DNA of 64,000 nucleotides from Gemmatimonadales bacterium (lineage in GTDB: Bacteria > Gemmatimonadota > Gemmatimonadetes > Gemmatimonadales > GWC2-71-9). The DNA lies in NCBI GenBank assembly GCA_041577295.1, contig JBFGJG010000010.1, positions 32,001 to 96,000 on the forward strand, given 5' to 3'. This document shows positions 1 through 9,180 of this stretch, in pieces. Each line of letters begins with the position of its first letter. Within the stretch, counting starts at the first letter, position 1. A model generated the notes under the pieces. The model worked only from the letters and a program-made list of their open reading frames with translations, was not told where the DNA came from and did not search any database. A program made the translations under genes and the position numbers.

Positions 1-1103
1 CCTTTGAAGTCCATCGGGACCAGGGCGAAGAACGCGGCGGCCGTGGTCACGGCTCCGGTTGCCGTTGCTCGTCCGGTCTGCGTGACTGCCTTTTCGAGTG
101 CATCCTCCGTGCTCAACCCTGCGCGCCGTCCTTCCACATGACGTGCAAAGATGTGAACTCCAAAGTCGATCCCGAGTCCAAACAGGATCACGAAGAGGAA
201 GCCGGTGATCGTGTTGAGTTGTCCGATCACCAGATACGTGACGCCAAAGGTCCACGCCAGCGAGCCGAGCAAACTGAGGCTGATCACGACGGCGCCGAGC
301 AGGTGCCGGAAATACAACACTATGAGGAGAAAAACGCCGCCGACCCCGTACACCGCCGTACCGAGAATGTCGCGCCGAACCGTATCCAACTCCTCGAGGC
401 GGTTCTGAAAACTCCCCCCGTAGGAGGCTTCGATTGGCTCGCCGGGGTGTTGTTGAAGCAGGGACGCTACGGTTTGCTTTACGTCGCTCACCATGTTTTG
501 GACGAACGTCAGATTTGCACCACTTTCTGACGGGTAAACCCGCATCACGAGCACGGTGCTGTCCGCATTGGTGTAGTACTCGGTCGGCAGGGCGTCCTCG
601 TAGTCGCGCTCCCAGTCCGCGAGGCTCTTACCGGAGTCCTCCTCAGGCTCATCACCAAAGAGGTCCTCTACCAGCAGGGGGTTGAGCTTTCGTTTTTCCG
701 CCTCGACCGTGCTCTGGATCGCGTCATAGAGCGAGTCTAGCTGAGTGGTGTCGAGGAAGAGCAACGCGTTCCGCTCGTAGAAGTCGATGTCCCGCTTGTA
801 GTCCACGTACTTCACATACGGCTTGGTCAGCAGACGTTGCTCGAGGACGGCAGCAAGTTGGGTCGCGGAGCCGAAGTCACTGCTCTCGAGAACAACCCTC
901 AGGTGCTCGGTACCGCCCACCTGCTCGTTCACCCGTTGGAGTGCTTGGACGCTGGTGAAGTGCTGGGGCAACAGCCCGGCGAAGTCACTATCGAGTGGAA
1001 GGCGCAACGTCAGCCGTGCCCCAACCGCGCTGGCGATCACCGCCACGACGAGGATCGGGATGTAGTGCTTCAGAAGGAGCTGGTACACGGTGCGTAGTAG
1101 CAT
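1..1103 (-). CDS. MMPL/RND-family membrane transporter, N-terminal part (runs off the left edge)
   Basis: Absent from the ORF track. Manual translation from ATG at 1103 gives MLLRTVYQLLLKHYIPILVVAVIASAVG...LDSDFAGLLP, a large loop, then TM helices with 'ILFGLGIDFGVHIFAR' (MMPL GxxxD motif); open to position 1. Confidence 0.85.
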   Translation of the reverse strand, partial: MLLRTVYQLLLKHYIPILVVAVIASAVGARLTLRLPLDSDFAGLLPQHFTSVQALQRVNEQVGGTEHLRVVLESSDFGSATQLAAVLEQRLLTKPYVKYVDYKRDIDFYERNALLFLDTTQLDSLYDAIQSTVEAEKRKLNPLLVEDLFGDEPEEDSGKSLADWERDYEDALPTEYYTNADSTVLVMRVYPSESGANLTFVQNMVSDVKQTVASLLQQHPGEPIEASYGGSFQNRLEELDTVRRDILGTAVYGVGGVFLLIVLYFRHLLGAVVISLSLLGSLAWTFGVTYLVIGQLNTITGFLFVILFGLGIDFGVHIFARHVEGRRAGLSTEDALEKAVTQTGRATATGAVTTAAAFFALVPMDFK

Positions 1104-1239
1104 CGTTTCGTCCGGTCCGTCCGACCAGCAGGGGAGGCATGAATAAGTAATAGGGGGGCGGGCGGCTCGCACCGCGTTGTTTCTGCTTGCGCTGGCTGGT
1201 CCGTCCGGTCAGCTTCCGCTGCGGAAGTTTGTGATGGTT

Positions 1240-2475
1240 ATGAGCGATCCTGCACCAGATCTGTCACGCCTGCGCATCGATCGGGAACAGCCGTCGCGGG
1301 GGTCCATGCGTGCCCTAAAGTTCAGCGTGGGGCTGGCTTTGGTGGCCGTGGTCTTCGTGATCGGGGTGCTGTTTCTGTTCCGTGGCGGAAAGGCGGTCGA
1401 CGTCACCGTGGCTCGGGCGGAAGTGGTTGGCGGGGGCACGGCCGGGGCGGTTGGGATCACGGCCAATGGGTATGTCGTTGCCCGCACCAAGGCCTCGGTT
1501 TCTTCGAAGATCACGGGACGGCTCGACTTCCTCGGAGTGTCGGAGGGGTCGTTCGTGCGGCGTGGCGAGGTTATGGCCCGTCTCGAGAATCGGGATTACC
1601 AGGCGGCGCTCGCCCAAGCCGAGGCCGAACTGCTCCGTGCGCAAGCCGCTCATCGTGAGGCGGTTGCCTTGCGCGATCAGCAGGAACGGGACGTCAATCG
1701 AGGTGAAGAGTTGCTGGAGCAAGACCTGACGTCGCAGGAAAACGTGGAGAACCTACGGGCACAGCTGGTGGCGGCAGAAGCGCGCGTGGGGGTGCAGGAA
1801 AGCCAGATCAAAGCCGCAGAAGCTACCATCGGCATGGCGCGGGCCAACCTCGAGAACACCCTGATTCGGGCTCCCTTTTCCGGAACCGTGTTGCGGAAGG
1901 ATGCCGAGGTCGGTGAGGTCGTCGCACCAGTCGCGACCGGTGGGGGGCTGACCCGCGGTGCCGTCGTGACGATGGCCGATCTCGAGACGCTGGAGGTCGA
2001 GGTGGACGTGAATGAGGCGTACATCGCGCAGATTCGCGACATTCAGCCGTCCCGGATCGTCCTCGATGCGTACCCCACCACGGCGTTTGAGGGGGCCGTC
2101 CGCCAGATCGTTCCCACCGCGGACCGTCAGCGAGCCACCGTGCAAGTGAAGGTCAGCATTCTCGAGCGGGACCCACGTATCCTCCCGGAGATGGGCGCCC
2201 GGGTGGAGTTTCTGGAAACCGCGGAGACGGACGTCGCCGAGGGAACGCAACCAACGCGGGTATTCGTTCCCGCCGGCGCGGTCAAGACCGTCGGCGGCGA
2301 AACCATCGTGTGGGTGGTCCGTAACGGTAGTGTGAACCGAACGCGTGTCGAGGCGGGTCCCGTGTCGGGGGGCCGTCGGGAAATCCGCAGCGGCCTGTCG
2401 GGTGGGGAGCAGGTGGTGGTGGATCCTCCAGAGAATCTCGAAGATGGAGCTCGTGTGAATGTCGTCACGTCCTGA
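1240..2475 (+). CDS. Efflux periplasmic adaptor subunit (HlyD/MacA-like)
   Basis: N-terminal TM anchor, 'VSSKITGRL...VSEGSFVRRGEVMARL', coiled coil, 'IRAPFSGTV'. Start set at ATG 1240; the track ORF begins at 1177. Confidence 0.9.
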   Translation: MSDPAPDLSRLRIDREQPSRGSMRALKFSVGLALVAVVFVIGVLFLFRGGKAVDVTVARAEVVGGGTAGAVGITANGYVVARTKASVSSKITGRLDFLGVSEGSFVRRGEVMARLENRDYQAALAQAEAELLRAQAAHREAVALRDQQERDVNRGEELLEQDLTSQENVENLRAQLVAAEARVGVQESQIKAAEATIGMARANLENTLIRAPFSGTVLRKDAEVGEVVAPVATGGGLTRGAVVTMADLETLEVEVDVNEAYIAQIRDIQPSRIVLDAYPTTAFEGAVRQIVPTADRQRATVQVKVSILERDPRILPEMGARVEFLETAETDVAEGTQPTRVFVPAGAVKTVGGETIVWVVRNGSVNRTRVEAGPVSGGRREIRSGLSGGEQVVVDPPENLEDGARVNVVTS

Positions 2476-3181
2476 AAACGTTGCAGCACCAACGTCGGTA
2501 CAAACCGGCGAAGCACTCGTGCTAATCAGCGATCTCGCCAAATCCTATCAGCGAGAGGCCCAGCGCATAGATGTGTTCGAGAACGTGAACCTCGAAATTC
2601 GTGTTGGTGAGTTTCTCGCCCTCATGGGTCCATCTGGTAGTGGTAAGAGCACCCTGTTGAACATCATCGCGGGGTTGGACAAGCCGGATCGGGGCACGGT
2701 GATCGTAGGGGGGCGCGACGTCACGCGAATGTCGTCGCGTGAGCTTTCGTCGTGGCGGTCGACGCACATCGGTTTCATCTTCCAGTTTTACAATCTGCTC
2801 CCGGTGTTGACCGCCTATCAGAACGTCGAGCTCCCCTTGCTGCTGACTAATCTGTCCAAGAGAAAGCGCCGGGAGCACGTGCAGACCGCACTTGAGGTGG
2901 TCGGGCTCACGGATCGTGCCGAGCATTATCCGCGGCAGCTCTCGGGCGGTCAGCAGCAGCGTGTTGGGATTGCCCGGGCGGTTGTGAGCGATCCGGCCAT
3001 CATTCTCGCCGACGAGCCGACAGGTGACCTCGACGCACAGTCTGCGGATGAGATCCTCACGTTGCTCCAACGCCTCAACGCCGAGTTCAAAAAGACCGTG
3101 TTGATGGTAACGCACGACGCGCATGCTGCGGAGCGGGCGCACGAGGTCATGCACCTCGACAAGGGGGTTTTGCACCGATGA
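2459..3181 (+). CDS. ABC transporter ATP-binding protein (LolD/MacB-like)
   Basis: Walker A GPSGSGKS, signature LSGGQQQR, Walker B ILADEPTG, H-loop VTHD. Confidence 0.95.
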   Translation: MSSRPENVAAPTSVQTGEALVLISDLAKSYQREAQRIDVFENVNLEIRVGEFLALMGPSGSGKSTLLNIIAGLDKPDRGTVIVGGRDVTRMSSRELSSWRSTHIGFIFQFYNLLPVLTAYQNVELPLLLTNLSKRKRREHVQTALEVVGLTDRAEHYPRQLSGGQQQRVGIARAVVSDPAIILADEPTGDLDAQSADEILTLLQRLNAEFKKTVLMVTHDAHAAERAHEVMHLDKGVLHR

Positions 3182-4317
3182 AATTTGCACGGCTCGTTTG
3201 GGCCAATCTGTTCCGCAACAAGCGGCGCACGGTGCTGACCGCGCTGAGCGTCGCCGTCGCCTTTTTCCTCTTCGGCACGCTCAGATCCGTACTCACCACG
3301 CTCGACGCGGCGGCGAGAGTAGGAAGCGAGGCCCGCTTGGTGACGAGCAGTGCCAGCGGTATCACGTTCGTCCTGCCGGAAGCCCACGCGCAGCGGCTGG
3401 CGGCGCAGGAAGGGGTGAAAAGCGTGTCGTGGGCCAACTGGTTTGGCGGATACTACCAGGATCCCAATGACTTCTTTGCGCAGTTTGCCATCAAGGCCGA
3501 CACGTACCTCCGGATGTACCCGGAAATCGTGATTCCGAGCGAAGAGCGCGATGCGTTTCTCCGGGAACGGACTGCTGCCATCGCCGGAGTGGGTTTGATG
3601 GAACGGTACGGATGGCAGGTGGGACAGACCGTCACACTTCGCGGCACGATCTTCCAGGGAGACTGGGAGTTCGTCATCCGCAGCACCTACGTTCCAGAAA
3701 ACCCCAGCTTCGGAGATGAGACGTTCTTTTTCCACTACGAGTACCTCTACGAACGAACCAACGGTGGAATCTCCCCTGGATGGTTCGTCTTGGAGCTCGA
3801 CGACCCAAGCCAGGCAGCGGCGGTCGCGTCCAGGATAGATGCACAGTTCGAGAACTCCACCGCACCGACAAAGACCGAAACCGAGCGGGCCTGGCAGACG
3901 GGGTTCATCACGATGTGGGGCAACGTCGGCTTTTTGGTGCGCGCCATCGGAACCGCGGTGTTCTTCGCCATTCTGCTCGTCGCGGCCAATACGATGATCA
4001 TGGCCATCCGAGAGCGTGTGCATGAGGTGGCGGTCATGAAGACTCTGGGGTTCCAAAACGGCACGCTGGTCGGCATCGTGCTCGCCGAATCCCTCCTAAT
4101 CACCCTGTTGGGCGGTGCGGTCGGACTGCTCGGGGCGCGACTCGCCTTCGCCGGCGACAACCCCATGAACAGCTTCTTCCCCGGATTCGGCGTTGAGTGG
4201 AGTACCATTGCGCTCGGACTCGGCATCGCCGCCCTGCTCGGCCTGGTGAGTGGAGCGGTTCCCGCGTGGCAGTCGGCACGGCTGTCCGTGGTGCAGGCGC
4301 TCAGGCGTGTCGTGTGA
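3178..4317 (+). CDS. ABC permease (MacB/FtsX family)
   Basis: 'NLFRNKRRTVLT' N-terminus, periplasmic loop, 'RERVHEVAVMKTLGF'; ATGA overlap with the upstream gene. Confidence 0.92.
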   Translation: MKFARLVWANLFRNKRRTVLTALSVAVAFFLFGTLRSVLTTLDAAARVGSEARLVTSSASGITFVLPEAHAQRLAAQEGVKSVSWANWFGGYYQDPNDFFAQFAIKADTYLRMYPEIVIPSEERDAFLRERTAAIAGVGLMERYGWQVGQTVTLRGTIFQGDWEFVIRSTYVPENPSFGDETFFFHYEYLYERTNGGISPGWFVLELDDPSQAAAVASRIDAQFENSTAPTKTETERAWQTGFITMWGNVGFLVRAIGTAVFFAILLVAANTMIMAIRERVHEVAVMKTLGFQNGTLVGIVLAESLLITLLGGAVGLLGARLAFAGDNPMNSFFPGFGVEWSTIALGLGIAALLGLVSGAVPAWQSARLSVVQALRRVV

Positions 4318-4360
4318 GTGCCGCGTGCAGACCCACCGAGGACGTGAGGCCTAAGCCCCG

Positions 4361-5527
4361 ATGAAGATTCCACTGATCTACAACCTCCGGAGCCTCCGCC
4401 AGCGACCAGTAGCCACCATCACGACAGCACTGGGCATGGCACTCGTCGTAGCGGTCTTCATCGCCATGATGGCCCTATCAAACGGCTTTCGTGCAGCGTT
4501 GGCACGCACCGGCTCCACAGAGAATGTGATCATGCTGCGCAAGGGAGCCAACCAGGAGATGAACAGTGGTCTCTCGCGGGAGGCCGCGCGTATCGCAGCC
4601 GGAATGCCGTTCGTTGCCACGGGGAGCGACGGTCAGCCGCTCGTGAGCCCAGAGACGTACGTGGTTGTTCCCCTGCAACGGGCCAACGCCGGCGGGCTTG
4701 CTAACGTCGTTGCAAGGGGCGTGAGTCAGCGAGCGTTCGAGGTGCGCAAGGATGTCGAGATCGTCCAGGGCCGCCCGTTCCGCTCAGGGGCGCGCGAAGT
4801 TGTCGTGGGGACGAAATTTGTGGAACGGTTCGAGAACTCGGGTGTGGGCGACACAGTGCGGTTTGGCGGTGCGGACTGGACGATCGTCGGTCATTTTTCG
4901 GCCGGTGGATCGTCGTTCGAGTCCGAGATCTGGGGGGAGAACGAGCAGTTCATGCCGGTCTTTCGCGGCCAGATCTTTCAGTCGATCACCTTCCGAATGC
5001 GGGATCCCACCGCTTACGAGGGGGTGCGCGAGATGCTTGAGGGCGACTCGCGGCTGAACGTGGATGCCTTCCGGGAGCGGGAGTTCTACGTGAACCAGTC
5101 GACTCTGTTGAGCCAGGTCCTGAGCTTCATTGCGATCTTCATTGCGGGGATCATGGCGGTGGGGGCCGTGTTCGGCGCGATCAACACGATGTACGCCGCC
5201 GTGGCGGCACGCGCACCGGAGATCGGCGTGCTGTTGACGCTGGGTTTCAAGCGCCGAAACGTGCTCGCCTCATTTCTCGTGGAAGCCGTGATGATCGCCG
5301 CCATTGGTGGCGTGATTGGCGGTCTCCTTGCGCTCCCCATCAACGGCTTAGTCACGAGTACCACGAACTGGAACACCTTCAGTGAAATCGCGTTCGCGTT
5401 TTGGGTGACGCCAGAGTTGCTGGTAGCCGGGCTGATATTCGCTGTGGTCATGGGTGTGCTGGGTGGGTTTTTCCCAGCGTGGAAAGCGGCGCGGCAAAAC
5501 GTCGTCGACTCGCTGCGCGAAGCGTAG
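4361..5527 (+). CDS. ABC permease (MacB/FtsX family), second subunit
   Basis: 'NTMYAAVAARAPEIGVLLTLGF' and 'GGFFPAWKAAR' FtsX C-terminal pattern. Confidence 0.92.
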   Translation: MKIPLIYNLRSLRQRPVATITTALGMALVVAVFIAMMALSNGFRAALARTGSTENVIMLRKGANQEMNSGLSREAARIAAGMPFVATGSDGQPLVSPETYVVVPLQRANAGGLANVVARGVSQRAFEVRKDVEIVQGRPFRSGAREVVVGTKFVERFENSGVGDTVRFGGADWTIVGHFSAGGSSFESEIWGENEQFMPVFRGQIFQSITFRMRDPTAYEGVREMLEGDSRLNVDAFREREFYVNQSTLLSQVLSFIAIFIAGIMAVGAVFGAINTMYAAVAARAPEIGVLLTLGFKRRNVLASFLVEAVMIAAIGGVIGGLLALPINGLVTSTTNWNTFSEIAFAFWVTPELLVAGLIFAVVMGVLGGFFPAWKAARQNVVDSLREA

Positions 5528-5591
5528 CCACCGTTGGAAATCCGGTCCTGATTATTTCAAGAAATCGTAGGCGGTGGTCGAGAGCTTTGGG

Positions 5592-7928
5592 TCAGAACTC
5601 GAAGTTCAGCCCGATGGTTGGTAGGACGGTGATGCCATCGTTGACGGCAGGTTGTCCGGTCCGAGGATTCCAGTAGCGATCCGTGACGTTCTTCCGGGCG
5701 TAGACGTTCTGCACGTCGAGGTACACCTCTAACTGTGAACCTCGAAAGTTCCAGCGGCGGTCGACACGCAGATCGAGAGCGTGAAACGTCGGAAACCGAT
5801 CGGCGTTGTACTTGGTGAAATCCAGCTGACCAGACTGAGGTCCAGCTCCGACGAACGGAGTAGTCGGACGCCCAGTCGCGAATCGGAACTTACCGCTCAC
5901 GCCCCAAGCTGAGTGAGGCCGATACCCAGCCAGCGCAGTCCCGATCACGCGAGCATCATACGCGCCCGGTCGCGGGATCTCGTCAATGCCGGCGAACTTT
6001 GAGCGGCTCACCGTCAGACTCAGCAGGCCAAAGATGGGGATTCTGCTGAGTTTCTTCTGCAGAAAGAATTCGGCACCGTATGCCGTACCCTCACCTTGTG
6101 AAGTGAGCGGCTCCAGGCCGTACGGGATGTCGTTCGTCGCATCTTCGAACCCGGAAGGTGCCAGCACTGCCTGCGGACGCCACACACGGGTCGGGTAATC
6201 CCGGTACCGCTTGTAGAAGCCCTCGATCTGCAGTTTGAGATCATCGCGCAGCAGGCGCTCGAATCCCGCGACGATCTGGTCAGAAAACAACGGCTTCAAT
6301 GCAGTGGAGTTCAATGGATTGCCAATCAGCCAGATGTACGCGGGGGCCTGGTAGAAGCGCCCGGTGCTCGCCGTGATCGTCGTTGCCTCATCCACGCCGA
6401 GACGGATGGCAAACCGCGGCGCCGCACGCCAGGCGCCGATGGTGCCGTAGTAATCGCCCCGTACGCCCATTACGAGACGTAGCGCTCCTCCGATTCGCCA
6501 GCCCATTTGGACATATGCGGCACCGGCGAACGCTGTAAAACTGGTGTCCAAGGCAAGGGGTGATGGCTGTCCGCTGTCGTCTTGCCGTAACGCGCCATCG
6601 ATGCTGATGTCGTAGGTGAGCTCGTCCGCGAGTCGAATGATTACTCCCGATTCGAGGTCGACCGACGGACTCACGATCACGTCGAGGTCGGTTCGCAGGG
6701 TTGTCTCACCTTCCACGGACCGGTTGGAAAAGATCGGCGGCACCGTTTCGAGCGAGTCTCGCTGTACCGATGCAAAGCGAACGTAGCTTCGTCCAAGAGT
6801 GCCACGGACGGATCCCCGAGCAAGAAATCGAGTCCAGGTGAATCCGCCAAAGTACTGTCGCATCTCGGGAGCCAGGATGCGGCGGTTGTCGAACCGGTCA
6901 TCAGCGGTGGAGTTCTGGAAGCTGACGTCGTCGAGTGCGCCGATCGATAGAAAGGAAAGCCGATCGCGAGCCCCGAGGTCCTGTGTGACTTTCAATGTGA
7001 AGTCCCAATAGCGAGGCACAAAGGGCTGGCCCGCCGCTTGAAAGATGAGATCGAGGTAACTGCGTCGCGCGCTCAAGAGAAATGATCCCGCTCCCACGGG
7101 ACCTTCCACAATGGCTCCGATGCCCGTTGCGGAGAGATTCAATTCCCCAGAGAAGCTCCTTCCGCCCTCCCGCAGGGAGATGTTGGTGACCGAAGCGGTT
7201 CGGTCCCCGTAGCGTACCCCAAAACCGCCACTCGAGAAGCTCACATCGCGAACGAAGTCGATGTTGATGAGCGAAACCGGGCCGCCGGTCGAGCCCTGCG
7301 AGCCGAAATGATTGATATTGGGTACGCGAATGCCATCGACGAGGAAGAGATTCTCGAAAGGTGCACCCCCGCGGACGACAAGGTCGTTTCTCCCCTCTAC
7401 GGGTACCCCGATCCCCGGAAGGACGGCGATGGCGCGGACGACGTCCTCGAACCCGCCCGGCGCACGTCGGGTCTCCTCGGTTTCGAGGCGCTGTGTGCTG
7501 CTGAGTGATTGGGTCGCCCGGCGAAAGTACGTTGCCTGGACAGTCACGGCGTCGAGGTCGACGGGAAGCGGGTCGAGGGCGATTTCCACCGTGTAGGGTT
7601 TGCCGCTACCGATCACCACATCCGAAAGCACGAACGGCGCGTAGCCGATCGCGCGCACCTCGAGCGAGTAGACACCCACGGGTATCCCGATGACGGTGAA
7701 CCGGCCGTCGCCCGCGGTCGCGGCTGAGCGACCTTCGCCGACCACGCTGACCAGTGCTTGGAATACGGGTTGGTCGGTCGTCGCATTGATGACTCGACCA
7801 GTCACAGTTCCCAGTGGTGGCCCTTGCTCCTGCCCATGCGTGGGCCACGGGAACGCGGCCGCGATGAGGCAGAGCCCAGCGGCGACACGCCACGCGCAAG
7901 CACCACCTGCCCGGCCGCGGGACTGCAC
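5592..7928 (-). CDS. TonB-dependent receptor
   Basis: Signal peptide, carboxypeptidase-regulatory-like N-domain, plug 'VVRGG...ENLFLVDG...NINHF', C-terminal beta strand ending FEF. Confidence 0.9.
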   Translation of the reverse strand: MQSRGRAGGACAWRVAAGLCLIAAAFPWPTHGQEQGPPLGTVTGRVINATTDQPVFQALVSVVGEGRSAATAGDGRFTVIGIPVGVYSLEVRAIGYAPFVLSDVVIGSGKPYTVEIALDPLPVDLDAVTVQATYFRRATQSLSSTQRLETEETRRAPGGFEDVVRAIAVLPGIGVPVEGRNDLVVRGGAPFENLFLVDGIRVPNINHFGSQGSTGGPVSLINIDFVRDVSFSSGGFGVRYGDRTASVTNISLREGGRSFSGELNLSATGIGAIVEGPVGAGSFLLSARRSYLDLIFQAAGQPFVPRYWDFTLKVTQDLGARDRLSFLSIGALDDVSFQNSTADDRFDNRRILAPEMRQYFGGFTWTRFLARGSVRGTLGRSYVRFASVQRDSLETVPPIFSNRSVEGETTLRTDLDVIVSPSVDLESGVIIRLADELTYDISIDGALRQDDSGQPSPLALDTSFTAFAGAAYVQMGWRIGGALRLVMGVRGDYYGTIGAWRAAPRFAIRLGVDEATTITASTGRFYQAPAYIWLIGNPLNSTALKPLFSDQIVAGFERLLRDDLKLQIEGFYKRYRDYPTRVWRPQAVLAPSGFEDATNDIPYGLEPLTSQGEGTAYGAEFFLQKKLSRIPIFGLLSLTVSRSKFAGIDEIPRPGAYDARVIGTALAGYRPHSAWGVSGKFRFATGRPTTPFVGAGPQSGQLDFTKYNADRFPTFHALDLRVDRRWNFRGSQLEVYLDVQNVYARKNVTDRYWNPRTGQPAVNDGITVLPTIGLNFEF

Positions 7929-8030
7929 CTACCCCGTCCCTCCGACCCGACCGTGCACGAGACTAAGAAACTCCGGCAGACTGGCGGGCAGCCGCATGGC
8001 CGATGGCCGCGCGCTCAATCATCGAAACGG

Positions 8031-8603
8031 TCATTGCAGTCCTCGCTGACGCGGTTGTGGCCCGGTTGGGAGGGGAGAACCGTTTAGCGACAGAAGTGTC
8101 CGGTCGGCGTCTCCGATCGAACGTTGTCCACCCCCGCGGGGGTCGGTCGATCCCAAGAGCTCGCGGATTCGGTCGAAACGGTGGTCGAAAATCGCGCTGA
8201 CCGCCGTCCGCACGGCAAATGGATGGACGAGCCGGCCGAGCAGGCCAAACGGGAGGCTGTAGAGTACCCGATCAGTCATCAGGGTCCCCCCGTCCGTTTC
8301 CTCAAATCGGTGCGTGTGTACCCAGGAGGCGTACGGCCCGCGCTCCTGCTCATCGACGAATCCGAACGGTGGTCTCCAGGCGCGGATGCGCGTGCGCCAG
8401 CGCACCGGTATGCCGGCGAGCCGAATGCGGTAGTCGATTCTCGTATCGTCCGCCATGCGAATGGGGGACGGCGTCAGAATGCGGAACCCCATCCAGGGTG
8501 GTGTGATGAGCTCTAGATTCTGCGCGCTCGAGAAGAACTCGAACACCTCGTTCCTGGAGCAGGGGACCCACTGCTCGCGCTCCAAACGGTAGATGCGTGT
8601 CAT
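8031..8603 (-). CDS. SRPBCC family protein
   Basis: 'VFEFFSSAQNLELITPP', 'FVDEQERGPYASWVHTHRF', 'MTDRVLYSLPFG...IFDHR'. Confidence 0.88.
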   Translation of the reverse strand: MTRIYRLEREQWVPCSRNEVFEFFSSAQNLELITPPWMGFRILTPSPIRMADDTRIDYRIRLAGIPVRWRTRIRAWRPPFGFVDEQERGPYASWVHTHRFEETDGGTLMTDRVLYSLPFGLLGRLVHPFAVRTAVSAIFDHRFDRIRELLGSTDPRGGGQRSIGDADRTLLSLNGSPLPTGPQPRQRGLQ

Positions 8604-8631
8604 TGTTTACGTCCTGTCTAACTAATGTACA
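8604..8631 (-). promoter_or_regulatory. Putative CarH/LitR-type operator: three TnnACA boxes at 11-bp period
   Basis: Minus strand reads TGTACA-ttagt-TAGACA-ggacg-TAAACA-ATG, directly abutting the SRPBCC start codon in an AT-rich patch. Confidence 0.55.
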
Positions 8632-8681
8632 ATTTAATAGTTGCTTCTTAAATTGACAATAGTCAGATCAGACCCTACGGC

Positions 8682-9058
8682 GCACCGTCAAATGAGGCGT
8701 TTGCCGCGCTTCCGGCAGGTACGTTGGATGCCTTGCTCGTCGACCCGCGTCCCTTTCCGTCACCGTCTTCGCACCGACGGACGCCGCATTCGACGCACTC
8801 CCATCGGGGACCTTGGGCGCCCTTCTGGCTGATCCGGCAGCCTTGGGCGATGTACTTCCATATCACGTGGCAGATGGGTTCGTGTTCTCTGGGGAGTTGG
8901 ACGGCTTACCGATCACGACTCTGCAGGGAAGTACAATCGAAGTTGACCTCACGAGTGGGGTGCTGCTCAACCAGTCGCAGGTGATTGCGGCAGACATACT
9001 GACTACAAACGGTGTGATCCACGTCATCGATGCCGTGTTGATTCCACCGACGCAATAG
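8682..9058 (+). pseudogene. Fasciclin (FAS1) gene remnant
   Basis: One frame gives APSNEAFAALPAGTLDALLVDP (8682-8747). A second frame gives VTVFAPTDAAFDALPSGTLGALL...YHV...TNGVIHVIDAVLIP* (8759-9058), with a TGA at 8693 and no start codon before the motif. Confidence 0.8.
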
Positions 9059-9180
9059 ATTCACAGTAATCTGCAGTATCCTGTTCTTTGGCGTGGTGCG
9101 TCGTGCCGAGGATCCCTCGCGAGCATTGGATCGGCAAGGCATATTGGGTGCCAAGGACCACTCAAGCTTGGACGAAAACC

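Noticed and set aside
138..1097. Short plus-strand ORFs in the track
   Set aside because: They are shadows of the minus-strand MMPL gene, which the track missed because it has no stop codon in the window.
1110..1215. GGTCCGTCCG present twice in the divergent spacer (possible TetR-type site)
   Set aside because: Only an imperfect GC-rich dyad in a GC-rich genome, with no regulator nearby.
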